Origin: Gaiellales bacterium
GTDB taxonomy: Bacteria; Actinomycetota; Thermoleophilia; Gaiellales; F1-60-MAGs149
NCBI GenBank assembly: GCA_049433345.1
Contig: JBMTER010000001.1
Coordinates: 1-43,962 of the forward strand
DNA: 43,962 bases
Reading direction: 5' to 3'
This document shows positions 31,049 through 40,797 of this stretch, one piece after another (position 1 is the stretch's first letter; the number at the start of each line of letters is the position of its first letter). The position numbers and the translations under genes are program-made. The notes below the pieces were generated by a model that worked only from the letters and a program-made list of their open reading frames with translations, made no database searches and was not told the origin of the DNA.

Positions 31049-32536
31049 TCAGTCCCTGAACTCGACGACCATGCCGACGTCGACGCGCTCGTAGAGGTCC
31101 TCGACGTCGGAGATCAGCATCCGGACGCAGCCGTGCGAGGCCTGCGAGCCGATCGACCACGATTGCGGCGTGCCGTGGATCCCGATCAGCGGGGCGGATG
31201 TGCCGATCCAGCGGGTGCCGAGCGGGTTGCTCTCGCCGGGCGGGACGGGCTCGAGGCCTGCAGCCCAGGGCGAGTTCGGCGGAGTCCAGGTCGGGTTCTC
31301 GAGCATCTCCGTGATCACGTACGAGCCGGTCGGCGTCGGGTACGCGGGCATGCCGTGCGCGATCGGATACTGCTTCGCCAGCTTCCCATCGAGCCACAGG
31401 TTGAGCACGAACCTGCTCTTGACCACGATGATCCGTCCGATGGTGCGGTTCAGGAGCGCGGGCCGAGCGATGCCGTCCTCCGGCAAACCGGCCTTGCGCT
31501 GGTAGGCGCGAACGGCGGCCTCGACGCGCTGGTCGTACCGCCAGCTCGGCTTCCCCTTCCAGACCTGCTCGACCTTGAGGCGACGGGTCAGCCGCGCGAC
31601 GTCATCGCCGCGCGCGCCGGGCGCGAGGGTGAGGTCGTTGGTCAGGCGCTCGGTGGAGTCGACCCCGAAGGCCCGGGTGCGCGTCGTCGTCCGGCCCATC
31701 GCGTCGGTGACCTCGAGGCTGATCTCGTTGGTGCCCTGCGGCAGACGGCTGGTCTCGATCACGAAGCCGATCGACATCGGGGTGGTCTTCGCCTCCTGCC
31801 CGTTGACCCGGGCGATGATCCGCGTCGGGCTCGCGTCGTCGACGAAGGCGTAGATGGTCGGACGGTCCGTGTCGGACCACTCCTGGATGCCGCCGAGGCG
31901 GATTCGCGGCCGTTCGCGGTCGACGCGCGCGCTGTGGATGGCCGTCGTCACGTTGCCGGCGCCGTCGACGGCGCGCACGGTGAGCCTCGTCACGCCCTCG
32001 TCCAGTCCGGGCACGATCGCGAAGCGGCCGTCGCCATCGGCGGTCGCGGAGGAGGTTCCGCCGCTCCATTCGACGCGGACCTCCGCACCGGCCTCGGTGA
32101 CACCTCCGACCTGCGCCTCGGTCGTCCAGCCAGCGGCCGGCGCGAGGCGCAGGGGCGGTGCCGTGCGGTCGGTGGTGAACTGCCAGCGGTGCGTGCTCGG
32201 CTGGTCCAGCAGGTCATCGGCCTCGATGTCGATCTCGACCGCGTGCTCGCCGTCGCGGAGGTCGCCGACGGGCAGCTCGAAGCCGTTCGCCGTGCGCGTC
32301 GCGGTGGCGCTGACGTCCCGGCCGTCGATCGAGATCGTGAAACTGCGGACCTTCTCGGGGGAGCGCAGCACGACCCGGATCGGGGTTTCGCCGTTGACGG
32401 TGCTGCCCGCTCCGGGCGAGACGGATTCGACGACCGGTCTGGTCGCGTACGCGCGGGCGGCGACGACGCCGGCGACGGCGACGACGGCCACGAGCGTCGT
32501 GACGACGAGGCCGATCACCGTTCCCGCGCGCATCAT
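31049..32536 (-). CDS. membrane-anchored L,D-transpeptidase (YkuD) with Ig-like repeats and peptidoglycan-binding domain
   Basis: 495-aa ORF with an N-terminal TM anchor and repetitive beta-rich middle region. It has a PG-binding-like segment (GARGDDVARLTRRLK...AVRAYQRKAGLPEDGI). The YkuD catalytic motif is GIHGTPQSWSIGSQASHGCVRM. Confidence 0.87.
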   Translation of the reverse strand: MMRAGTVIGLVVTTLVAVVAVAGVVAARAYATRPVVESVSPGAGSTVNGETPIRVVLRSPEKVRSFTISIDGRDVSATATRTANGFELPVGDLRDGEHAVEIDIEADDLLDQPSTHRWQFTTDRTAPPLRLAPAAGWTTEAQVGGVTEAGAEVRVEWSGGTSSATADGDGRFAIVPGLDEGVTRLTVRAVDGAGNVTTAIHSARVDRERPRIRLGGIQEWSDTDRPTIYAFVDDASPTRIIARVNGQEAKTTPMSIGFVIETSRLPQGTNEISLEVTDAMGRTTTRTRAFGVDSTERLTNDLTLAPGARGDDVARLTRRLKVEQVWKGKPSWRYDQRVEAAVRAYQRKAGLPEDGIARPALLNRTIGRIIVVKSRFVLNLWLDGKLAKQYPIAHGMPAYPTPTGSYVITEMLENPTWTPPNSPWAAGLEPVPPGESNPLGTRWIGTSAPLIGIHGTPQSWSIGSQASHGCVRMLISDVEDLYERVDVGMVVEFRD

Positions 32537-32592
32537 CCGAACGATACGTCAGGTCCGTGGCGCGTCAATGTGGCCGCTCCGCACGCCCGCGC

Positions 32593-33360
32593 TCAGGCGC
32601 CGGGTAGCCGCCCGCGCAGTGCGCGGGCCTTCAGCGATGGCACTCGCCAGGAGGCCTCGACGACGATCCGCCGCGACATCTTCGATCCGCCGGCGACGCG
32701 GTCGGTGAAGGTGATCGGGATCTCGCGGATGCGGAACCCGAGCAGCGCGGCGCGAAAGGTCATCTCGATCTGGAAGGCGTAGCCCTCTGCGGCGACGCCA
32801 TCGAGATCGATCGCCTCGAGGACCTCCCGGCGAAAGCACTTGAAGCCGCCGGTCAGGTCGTTGACCGGGAGGCCCAGCAGCGCCTTCGCGTAGAGGCAGC
32901 CGCCGCGTGAGATCGCGCGGCGGACCGCCGACCAGTCGCGCACGCCGCCGCCGCGGACGTAGCGCGAGCCGATCACGAGGTCGGCGTCGACGCGGGCGGC
33001 GGCGAGGAGGTCGGGGATGCGAGCCGGATCGTGGGAGAAGTCGCAGTCCATCTCGAGGACGTACGCGTAGTCGTGCTCCAGCGCCCAGCGGAACCCGGCG
33101 AGGTAGGCGCGGCCGAGTCCCTCCTTGGCGGTGCGGTGCAGGACGTGGACCCACGGGTGTCGCGTGGCGAGGCCGTCGGCGATCTGCCCGGTGCCGTCCG
33201 GAGACCCGTCGTCGATGACGAGGATGTCGCCCGGGATCGGGCAGCGCCCGCGCGCGGCGTCGATCGCCGCGACCATGCGTTCGAGGTTCTCCCGCTCGTT
33301 GTAGGTCGGCAGGCAGACCAGGAACCGCTCCGGCGCGTCCGTCTCCATCGGTCGGATCAT
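32593..33360 (-). CDS. polyprenol-phosphate mannosyltransferase (GT2, Ppm1/DPM1-like)
   Basis: ATG 33358-33360 (alternative 33346-33348) lies within ORF 32593..33630. Motifs: LPTYNERENL, VIDDGSPDGTG, EMDCDFSHDP, and GSRYV...GGFKCFRREVLE. Confidence 0.84.
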   Translation of the reverse strand: MIRPMETDAPERFLVCLPTYNERENLERMVAAIDAARGRCPIPGDILVIDDGSPDGTGQIADGLATRHPWVHVLHRTAKEGLGRAYLAGFRWALEHDYAYVLEMDCDFSHDPARIPDLLAAARVDADLVIGSRYVRGGGVRDWSAVRRAISRGGCLYAKALLGLPVNDLTGGFKCFRREVLEAIDLDGVAAEGYAFQIEMTFRAALLGFRIREIPITFTDRVAGGSKMSRRIVVEASWRVPSLKARALRGRLPGA

Positions 33361-33433
33361 GCCGCAGGATGAGGCGGATCCGACGCGCCAGGGCTCGCTT
33401 GCGCCCATCCGGCGGCTGTGCCACGGTGCCCCC

Positions 33434-33853
33434 GTGCGCCGCCCCCTCCTGCTCGCAGCCCTCATCCTCGCGGCCGTCGCGGCTCTGCCCGCGGCCTCGG
33501 GGGCTGCGACGAGCCCCGGGCTGGCCGCGTTGCGCGGTCCGTGGGCGGGCACGCTCGACGGCGCATCGCCGGTGATCGCCGTGTCGATTCGGCTGAGCGG
33601 TGGCAAGCGCGGCTCGAAGATCGCGTTCACGGGCGGGCTCGAGTGCAGCGGTGTCCTGCTCTACCTCGGCCGGCGCACGCGGACGTTCGTCTTCTCGGAG
33701 CAGATCCGGCGGTCTGCGACGGACAGCTGCGGTGCGCTCGGCATCGTGGAGATGCGTCTGCGTCTGGATGGGCGGCTCGACTACCGCTGGCGGGCCGTGG
33801 GCGCCGACATCGCCCCCGGCCGCGCGACCCTCGAACGCGTCGTGCTCGGCTGA
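33434..33853 (+). CDS. hypothetical secreted protein
   Basis: GTG 33434 lies within ORF 33359..33853 and gives the signal peptide VRRPLLLAALILAAVAALPAASGA. Third-position G+C is high throughout. No family was recognised. It ends 8 nt before polX. Confidence 0.5.
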   Translation: MRRPLLLAALILAAVAALPAASGAATSPGLAALRGPWAGTLDGASPVIAVSIRLSGGKRGSKIAFTGGLECSGVLLYLGRRTRTFVFSEQIRRSATDSCGALGIVEMRLRLDGRLDYRWRAVGADIAPGRATLERVVLG

Positions 33854-33861
33854 GGCCCGAG

Positions 33862-35607
33862 ATGGGCCTGCGCAACGCCGACGTCGCCGATCTGTTCGAC
33901 CTGCTGGCGAGCCTGTCCGAGCTCGACGGGGCGATCGTGCACAAGGTCATCGCCTACCGACGGGCCGCGGAGCAGTTTCGGACCACGTCCGAATCCGTCG
34001 AGCGGATGGCCGAGGAGGGACGGCTGACCGCGCTGCCCGGTATCGGCAAGACGATCGCCGCCAAGGTCGACGAGATCCGCGCGACCGGCACGATGGAGGC
34101 GCTCGAGCGGCTGCGGGAGCGGTATCCCGACGGCGTCGTGGAGGTCATGCAGGTCCCCGGTGTCGGCCCGAAGACGGCGAAACGGCTCCTGGTCGAGCTC
34201 GACGTGCGCGACGTCGAGCAGTTGCGGGCGGCCTGCGAGGCGGGCCGGCTGCGCGCGCTGAAGGGCCTCGGCGCGAAGAAGGAGGCCGCCATCCTCGAGG
34301 CGCTGCGCGCCGGCGGCGGTCCCCGCAAGCGGGTGATCCTGCTGGATCAGGCACTGGACCGGGCGGAGGCGCTGGTCGCCGCGCTGCGCGCCGAACCGGG
34401 GTGCCGAGGGGCTGAGATCGCGGGTTCGCTACGGCGCCGGAAGGAGCTGATCGGGGATGTCGATCTGGTCGCGGCCGCGGATGATCCGGCACCGCTGCTG
34501 GAGAGCTTCGCGGCGCACTCGGGCGTCCAGGAGGTGGTCGCGCTCGGCGACGCCAAGGCGTCGGTGGTGCTGCACGACGGCCTGCAGGTCGATCTCCGTG
34601 TCGTCGATCCCGCGGAGTGGGGGTCGCTGCTGCAGCACTTCACCGGGTCGAAGGCGCACAACGTCGCCCTGCGGGAGCGTGCGCGCGAGCAGGGGCTGAG
34701 CCTCTCGGAGCACGGGTTCGCGCCGGTCGGCGGCGGCGCGCCCGAGCCGTGCGCGGACGAGGAGACGGTCTATGCGCGGCTTGGTCTCGACTGGATCCCG
34801 CCGGAGCTGCGCGAGGACCAGGGGGAGATCGAGGCCGCCGCCGCGGGGACCCTGCCGACGCTCGTCCGACTGCAGGACCTGAAGGGTGATCTCCATGCGC
34901 ATTCCGATGCCTCCGACGGCAAGGCGACGCCGACGGAGATGGCGCGCGCCGCGCAGGCGTACGGACTCGACTACATCGCCATCACCGACCACTCCCAGGC
35001 GGTGGGGATGGGCATCGGCCTCGATGCCGCCCGGACCGTCGCCAATATGAAGCGGGTGCGCAAGGCCGCGAAGGCCCTCGAGCGGGACGGGTTCCGGCTG
35101 CTGACGGGGATCGAGGTGGACATCCTGCCCGGCGGGCAGCTCGATCTGCCGGACGAGGTGCTGGCGGAGCTGGATTGGGTCGTGGCGTCCGCGCACGGCG
35201 TGCGCGGACAGTCCGGCGCGGAGCTGACGCGCAGCATGGTCGCGGCGATCGAGCATCCGCATGTCGATGTGATCGCACACCCCACCGGACGCCTGCTGGA
35301 CGGCAGAGCCGCCTACGACGTCGATGTGGAGGCGCTGATCGCGGCGTGCGCCGCGACCGGCACGTTCCTCGAGGTGAACGCGAATCCGAAGCGCCTCGAT
35401 CTGCGTGCCGAGCACGTCCGTGCGGCGATCGGCGCGGGGGTACGCATCTGCATCTCCAGCGACGCCCACCGGCCGGGCGGCATCGACGTGCTGCGCTACG
35501 GCGTCGACACCGCGCGGCGCGGCTGGGCCGGCAAGGACCACGTCGTCAATGCGCTGCCGTGGTCCAAGGTCGAGAGGCTCCGCAAGCGCGGAGCCGTGCA
35601 CCGCTAG
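33862..35607 (+). CDS. polX: family X DNA polymerase with C-terminal PHP phosphoesterase domain (PolX)
   Basis: ATG 33862 lies within ORF 33418..35607. It has helix-hairpin-helix motifs (LPGIGKTIAAKV, VPGVGPKTAKRL). The Pol-beta nucleotidyltransferase motif is GSLRRRKELIGDVDLV. PHP motifs are DLHAHSDASDG and ITDHS. Confidence 0.9.
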   Translation: MGLRNADVADLFDLLASLSELDGAIVHKVIAYRRAAEQFRTTSESVERMAEEGRLTALPGIGKTIAAKVDEIRATGTMEALERLRERYPDGVVEVMQVPGVGPKTAKRLLVELDVRDVEQLRAACEAGRLRALKGLGAKKEAAILEALRAGGGPRKRVILLDQALDRAEALVAALRAEPGCRGAEIAGSLRRRKELIGDVDLVAAADDPAPLLESFAAHSGVQEVVALGDAKASVVLHDGLQVDLRVVDPAEWGSLLQHFTGSKAHNVALRERAREQGLSLSEHGFAPVGGGAPEPCADEETVYARLGLDWIPPELREDQGEIEAAAAGTLPTLVRLQDLKGDLHAHSDASDGKATPTEMARAAQAYGLDYIAITDHSQAVGMGIGLDAARTVANMKRVRKAAKALERDGFRLLTGIEVDILPGGQLDLPDEVLAELDWVVASAHGVRGQSGAELTRSMVAAIEHPHVDVIAHPTGRLLDGRAAYDVDVEALIAACAATGTFLEVNANPKRLDLRAEHVRAAIGAGVRICISSDAHRPGGIDVLRYGVDTARRGWAGKDHVVNALPWSKVERLRKRGAVHR

Positions 35608-35645
35608 CCGACGGCTGGACCGGAGGCAACGAGACGGGCGACATG

Positions 35646-35670
35646 TGAATCGATTCAGTAAATCGATTCA
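35646..35670. promoter_or_regulatory. tandem LacI-type palindromic operators
   Basis: TGAATCGATTCA (35646-35657) is a perfect 12-bp palindrome. It is followed after 1 nt by TAAATCGATTCA (35659-35670). Both lie in a local AT-rich island 63-87 bp upstream of the LacI-family gene. Confidence 0.6.
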
Positions 35671-35732
35671 CCACAGTGCTTTAGCGGATCCTCCCCGCCC
35701 ACGCCGGTCCGCCGACCCTGTAGGCTTGCCGC

Positions 35733-36737
35733 ATGGCCCCCGGCGCCAAGCGGCCCACCCTGCGGCAGATCGCCGACGAGACGGGACTGTCTGTCGCCGC
35801 CGTCTCGTACGCGCTGCGCGGCGAGCGCGTCTCGGCCGCGACCATCGATCGGGTCCAGGCCGTCGCGGACGAGATCGGGTACACCGCGGATCCCGTCGCA
35901 CGCGCGCTGCGCGGTGGTCGTACCGGCACGGTCGGCGTGCTGGTCGGCAGCCTCGCCGATTTCTGGCAGCAGACGCTCGCGCACGCGATGCAGCGCGAGC
36001 TGCGTGCGCACGGCATGCAGACCCTCCTCGCAGATGCCGATGGCGACCCGGGCCAGGAACTGGACCTGGCTGGCCGTCTCGTCGACCAGCGCGTCGACGG
36101 CCTGATCGTGGCCCCGGACGGACCGGCCGGGGGGGCGTGGCCGGAGCTCTCGGCACGTATCCCGCTCGTGACGATCGGCGGCCGCCTGCCGGGGGCCGCG
36201 ACCGTCGGCGAGGTCGTCTTCGACCAGACGTCGGGCGTCAACCAGATGCTGCGCCATCTCCACGCCCTCGGGCATCGCCGCATCGCGGTCTTGTCCTGGG
36301 CCTTCGGCATCTCGCCGGACCGCCCAACCGAGGCCGCCGTCCGGGAGCAGGCGGCCGCCCTCGGTCTCGAGTGCGAGATCGTGCCGTGCGCCTACTCGCT
36401 CGACGGATCGCGACCGCTCGCGCTCGAGGTGCTCGCGCGGTCCGACCGCCCGACGGCGATCTTCGCCCTGTCCGACTCGATCGCCTACGGCGCCCTCCAC
36501 GGCTGCCGAGAACTCGCGCTGGACGTTCCGGGCGACGTCTCGGTGTGCGGCTTCGACGACCATCCGCTGTCCCGCCTCGTGGCGCCGGCGCTGACGACGG
36601 TGAGCTGGGACACGGACCGGGTTGCCCGCGCCGCCGTCGGGTTCCTCGTCGCCCACCTCGCCGATCAGCCCGGCGAGCAGCGCACGGTCGTGGAGCCGCG
36701 TCTCGTCGTGCGGGCGTCGACGGGCCCGCTCAGCTGA
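35733..36737 (+). CDS. LacI-family transcriptional regulator
   Basis: 334-aa ORF with the N-terminal HTH TLRQIADETGLSVAAVSYALRG. The rest is a periplasmic-binding-protein-like sugar-binding fold (GVLVGSLADFW..., VDGLIVAP, GHRRIAVL, VCGFDD). Confidence 0.9.
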   Translation: MAPGAKRPTLRQIADETGLSVAAVSYALRGERVSAATIDRVQAVADEIGYTADPVARALRGGRTGTVGVLVGSLADFWQQTLAHAMQRELRAHGMQTLLADADGDPGQELDLAGRLVDQRVDGLIVAPDGPAGGAWPELSARIPLVTIGGRLPGAATVGEVVFDQTSGVNQMLRHLHALGHRRIAVLSWAFGISPDRPTEAAVREQAAALGLECEIVPCAYSLDGSRPLALEVLARSDRPTAIFALSDSIAYGALHGCRELALDVPGDVSVCGFDDHPLSRLVAPALTTVSWDTDRVARAAVGFLVAHLADQPGEQRTVVEPRLVVRASTGPLS

Positions 36738-38625
36738 GGGGCGCGATGTCGATCGGGGAGTACGGACTCTCCCATCCGAACGGCGGCGCCTCCGTGACGC
36801 CGTCGCCCGGCGGGAACGCTCCCGGCCCGACCAGGTAGGTCTCCGCCTCGGGGACGTACATGGACGGGAACGTCTGCTCGGAGACCACCTCGCCGTCCTG
36901 GGTAACGATCCTCGTCACGTCGACGCTGAAGCCGGCTTGCCCGTCCGTGTACTTGATGACCTTGCCGGCCGGCGCATACGGGTCCTCGAGGTAGCGCTTC
37001 TCGGGCTCCTTGATGTCGTAGCGCTCGCTGACGCGCGTCTCGATCGTGCGCCCCGTCGGCGCCGAGTAGAGGTTGACGATCATCGTGCTCGCGTCCGCCG
37101 TGGCGCGGATCAGGACCGGATGCTGCGTGTCGTTCGTGAACCGGAGGTCGGGGCCTCCCCACGAAACGGCGGCATCCATGCCGTCTCCGTAGTGGTAGAT
37201 GTAGAACGAGTGGTTCGTGCGCTCGTTGATCTGGAGCCCGAGGTCGAAGGCCGCGTCGTAGAGCGTCGTGGCGACCTGGCAGACGCCGCCGCCGATCGAC
37301 GGGACCAGCAGGCCGGCCACGATCGAGCGACCCTCCACGAAGCCCCGCTCGGGGGAGCGCGGACCGACCGCCTCGTTGAAGGAGAAGGACTCACCGGGCA
37401 TGACGAGCCGGTTGTCGAGGATGTCGGCCATCAGGGCCACGTTGTGGATGCGGTTCTCCGAGGAGTCGCCCAGTTCGGTCACCGCGCCCGATACGCGCTC
37501 CGTGATGCCGTACGACTCCGCCTCCTCCGTCGTGCGCCCGGGATCGACCTTGACCAGTTCGATGTCGGCCTGGCGCGCGCCGCCGCCGAGGGCCGCGCTG
37601 CGCACCGCGTCCGCGGCCGCGCGCGGGTTGAACGCCTGCCCCTTCTTCGCAGGGATCACCCAGGCGCGTTGGCCGTTCGTGTCCCACATCGCGTTGACGG
37701 GGTCGCGCAGGAGGTCTCCGAGTTGCCTGGCGATCGCCGGCGTCAGCGCCTTCGGCGAGAAGGCGATCGTCGGCTCGCCCTCCTCGTTGCGCACCATCAC
37801 GGCGTTCTCCAGGGTCTCCGTCGAGAGGGCGCCGACGCGCTTCCCGTCGACGTTGAGCGCCACGGGCGCTGAGGCGATCTCGAGCGCGCGATCGGCCGCC
37901 GCGCGCGCCTCCGCGGTCGAGATCGCCGGCTTCGTCCGCTTCGACTCCAGGGTCAGCCGTCGCTGGTCGGCGAGCGCCGCGTTCGCGGCGGCGAGCAGGA
38001 TCGCGCGGGCGGAGATCGAGTGCCCGTCCTTCGCCGGTGAGATGGTCACCTTGCCGTTGTCGATCCGAACCTTGGCGGAGCGGGCCGGCTCGGCGACGAG
38101 GCGCAGGTTGGCCGGTATACGGGGGCGCGGCGGGACGGCGAGGATGGGCTCGACGTCGGCCGAGTAGACGAGCGGCAGGAGCAGGGAGCGCAGGCGACCG
38201 GTTCGCATCGCCTCGTCGACGGTGCGGGTCAGGTCGATTCGCGCGTCGAGCTCGGCCGGCACCATCTCCGCTCGCTGCGCGTCCACCCGGACGTCGACGG
38301 CGCGATCGAGACGCGGGGCGAGCTCGAGCTTCAGCTTCTCCTTGGCCGCCGCGGCCGAGAGGCCGCCGATCGCGACGCCGCCGACCTCCACGCCCGGGGC
38401 GATGTCGCCCCGGTACATCAGGCCGCGAGCGGCGATCAGGACGATCAGGGCCACGATCGCCAGCACGACGACCTGCCGCGTGCGCGCGCTGGTGCGCGGC
38501 GCCTTGCGGGGGCGTCGTTCGCGGGCCGGCGCGGTGCGCGGGGCGGGTCGCGGGCGGCTGCGGGCAGGGGTCGTCTCGGCCATCGTCTCCGGCGGCCCAT
38601 GATACCCCCGAAGCGGCTTCGGCAC
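36730..38625 (-). CDS. VanW-family protein with N-terminal TM anchor and C-terminal G5-like domain
   Basis: 631-aa ORF; an alternative start is ATG 38583. It has a basic cytoplasmic N-terminus and a TM helix (VVVLAIVALIVLIAA). The VanW core is FSFNEAVGPRSPERGFVEGRSIV...GGGVCQVATTLYDAAF...ERTNHSFYI. The C-terminal G5-like segment is KYTDGQAGFSVDVTRIV. Confidence 0.84.
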   Translation of the reverse strand: MPKPLRGYHGPPETMAETTPARSRPRPAPRTAPARERRPRKAPRTSARTRQVVVLAIVALIVLIAARGLMYRGDIAPGVEVGGVAIGGLSAAAAKEKLKLELAPRLDRAVDVRVDAQRAEMVPAELDARIDLTRTVDEAMRTGRLRSLLLPLVYSADVEPILAVPPRPRIPANLRLVAEPARSAKVRIDNGKVTISPAKDGHSISARAILLAAANAALADQRRLTLESKRTKPAISTAEARAAADRALEIASAPVALNVDGKRVGALSTETLENAVMVRNEEGEPTIAFSPKALTPAIARQLGDLLRDPVNAMWDTNGQRAWVIPAKKGQAFNPRAAADAVRSAALGGGARQADIELVKVDPGRTTEEAESYGITERVSGAVTELGDSSENRIHNVALMADILDNRLVMPGESFSFNEAVGPRSPERGFVEGRSIVAGLLVPSIGGGVCQVATTLYDAAFDLGLQINERTNHSFYIYHYGDGMDAAVSWGGPDLRFTNDTQHPVLIRATADASTMIVNLYSAPTGRTIETRVSERYDIKEPEKRYLEDPYAPAGKVIKYTDGQAGFSVDVTRIVTQDGEVVSEQTFPSMYVPEAETYLVGPGAFPPGDGVTEAPPFGWESPYSPIDIAPLS

Positions 38626-38647
38626 TGCGATCCCGCCGACCCGACGG

Positions 38648-40069
38648 GTGTACGATCATCGCATCGTGGAACGGGACCAGCCCGACGAGCCTCGCCGCGA
38701 GGCCGCGTTCACCTGGGTCTCGAGCCAGCGCGGCGTCTCGGCCCGCGCGGGTCGGCGGCACTGGGCCGAGTTGCGCGGGCCGATGCTGGCCGCGGCCGTT
38801 CTCGCGCTGCTCGTGTCCGGCGCCGTCGGCCTCGCGCTCGAGGCCCTCGCGAGCCGCGGCGCAGACCCCATCTGGGCGGTCCCGGTCGTCGCCGTCCTCG
38901 TCTTCGCCCTGGTCGTGGCCCTGACCCTGATCCGCAGTGGCGTCGCCGCGGACGAACTGCTCGGGGGCGGGCGCGCCGCCGGAATCCTCGAGATCGCCGC
39001 GATCACCGCGCCGGTGCTCCATGACGGGCTCACGCCGGTGGCGGCCAGGCTGCTCGCGGGGGAGACCCGGGCGCGGTTCGGCGTGGCCGCCGTCGCCGTG
39101 TCCGACCGCTCGCGCGTCCTCGCCCACGTCGGGCTCGCCGCCGACCATCACGGCGCCGGCACCGACGCGCCACCGGGTGCGCTCCTCGCGATGGACGAGG
39201 CGCGCGTGGCGCGCCTGCCGGTCGGCTGGCGTCACGGCTGCGACTCGGACTGCCCGCTTCGCTCCGCGGTGGTCGGGCCGCTCGTCGTGCGCGGCCGGGT
39301 GCTCGGCGCGATGATCGTGTTCTCCGAGGGCGCCCTCGAGGTGTCGGATCGCGACGTCGCCGCCGTCGAGTCCCTCTGCGGGCTCGTGTCGACGGCGCTG
39401 GCCGCCGGCGAGGTCGAGGTGCATGCGCGGGCCAGCGCGTCGGCGGAACTCGCCGCCCTGCAGGCCCAGATCGAGCCGCACTTCCTGTTCAACGCGCTCA
39501 ACACGATCGCGGCCTTCATCCGCACGCAGCCCGACGAGGCCCGCCGGCTCGTGATCACGTTCGCCGAGTACTGCCGCTCGACGCTGCGTCAGCCGGCCGC
39601 CTTCGTCACGTTCGCGGAGGAGATGGCGCACGTCGAGGCCTACCTCGAGCTCGAACAGGCGCGCTTCGGCTCGGATCTGATCGTCGAGCGGCGCATCGGC
39701 CCGGCCGCTCGCGACGTGATGGTGCCGCCGTTCCTCGTCCAGCCGCTCGTGGAGAACGCCATCAAACACGGCAAGGCGAGCGGGCCGCTGCGGGTCGTGA
39801 TCCGCGCCGACGTGCGCTTCGGGCGCCTGCGCGTCGTCGTGCGCGACAACGGACGCGGGATCTCCCGCGACGACGCCGAGCGCGTCCTGGAGCCGGGCTA
39901 CGGCTCGGGTGCGGGCGGGCTCGGCCTGGCCTCCGTGCATCGGCGCATCCAGGCCCACTACGGCGAGCAGGGGCGTCTGCGGATCGCCTCCTCGCCCCTG
40001 TTCGGGACGTACGTGAGCGTGCTCGTCCCCGAGCAGCCGCCGGTCGACGCGGGCCAGGCCGCCGCATGA
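38648..40069 (+). CDS. LytS/YehU-family sensor histidine kinase (2 TM + GAF-like + His_kinase + HATPase)
   Basis: 473-aa ORF (GTG 38648; the start is uncertain). Motifs: the H-region LQAQIEPHFLFNALNTI, the N-box FLVQPLVENAIKHG, and the G-boxes RDNGRGI and GSGAGGLGL. Confidence 0.85.
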   Translation: MYDHRIVERDQPDEPRREAAFTWVSSQRGVSARAGRRHWAELRGPMLAAAVLALLVSGAVGLALEALASRGADPIWAVPVVAVLVFALVVALTLIRSGVAADELLGGGRAAGILEIAAITAPVLHDGLTPVAARLLAGETRARFGVAAVAVSDRSRVLAHVGLAADHHGAGTDAPPGALLAMDEARVARLPVGWRHGCDSDCPLRSAVVGPLVVRGRVLGAMIVFSEGALEVSDRDVAAVESLCGLVSTALAAGEVEVHARASASAELAALQAQIEPHFLFNALNTIAAFIRTQPDEARRLVITFAEYCRSTLRQPAAFVTFAEEMAHVEAYLELEQARFGSDLIVERRIGPAARDVMVPPFLVQPLVENAIKHGKASGPLRVVIRADVRFGRLRVVVRDNGRGISRDDAERVLEPGYGSGAGGLGLASVHRRIQAHYGEQGRLRIASSPLFGTYVSVLVPEQPPVDAGQAAA

Positions 40070-40797
40070 CCCTGCTGGCGCTGATCGTCGACGACGAGGC
40101 TCCCGCGCGCTCCGAGCTGCGCCACCTGCTCGGCGGCATCGACGGGATCGAGGTGGCCGGCGAGGCCGCGTCTGCGCGCGAGGCGGTGACGCTGGCCGAG
40201 CGGATGGCCTACGACGTCGTCTTCCTCGACATCAACATGCCGGGTGACGCCGGAGGGATCGAGACGGCGCGCCGACTCGGCGACCTGCCGAACGCTCCCA
40301 GCGTCGTGTTCGTGACCGCACACGACGACCGCGCGATCCAGGCCTTCGCGGTCGAGGCGATCGACTACGTCCTCAAGCCGGTGCGGGAGGATCGACTGGT
40401 GACGGCGGTGCGTCGTGTCGCGGCGATCCGCGCCGGAACCGCTCCGGGCGCGGCGCGTGAGGCCCGAGTGCCGGTCGACGCCGGCGAGGGCGCCGTCGAG
40501 CTCGTCGATCCGGCGGCGATCGCGTACGCGGAAGCGGACCGGGATCGCTCCCGGATCGGCCTCGCCGACGGTCGCGTCCTCGACTCGCCGCGCTCCCTGC
40601 GGGCCCTCGAGGACCTGCTGCCGTCGGGCTTCCTGCGCGTGCATCGCTCCCAGATCGTCAACCTCGCGCTCATCGCGCAGGTCGAGCCGCTCGGCGAGGG
40701 TCGCGTCCGCGTGCGGCTGGCCGACCGGGACGGCACGGCCGTCGAGGTCGCGCGTCGCCAGACGCGTGCCCTGCGGCAGGCGCTCGGCCTGCGTTGA
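40066..40797 (+). CDS. LytR/AlgR-family response regulator (receiver + LytTR DNA-binding domain)
   Basis: 243-aa ORF; its ATG overlaps the kinase stop (ATGA). The receiver has LIVDDE and FLDINMPG. The C-terminal LytTR has FLRVHRSQIVNL. Confidence 0.9.
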   Translation: MTLLALIVDDEAPARSELRHLLGGIDGIEVAGEAASAREAVTLAERMAYDVVFLDINMPGDAGGIETARRLGDLPNAPSVVFVTAHDDRAIQAFAVEAIDYVLKPVREDRLVTAVRRVAAIRAGTAPGAAREARVPVDAGEGAVELVDPAAIAYAEADRDRSRIGLADGRVLDSPRSLRALEDLLPSGFLRVHRSQIVNLALIAQVEPLGEGRVRVRLADRDGTAVEVARRQTRALRQALGLR

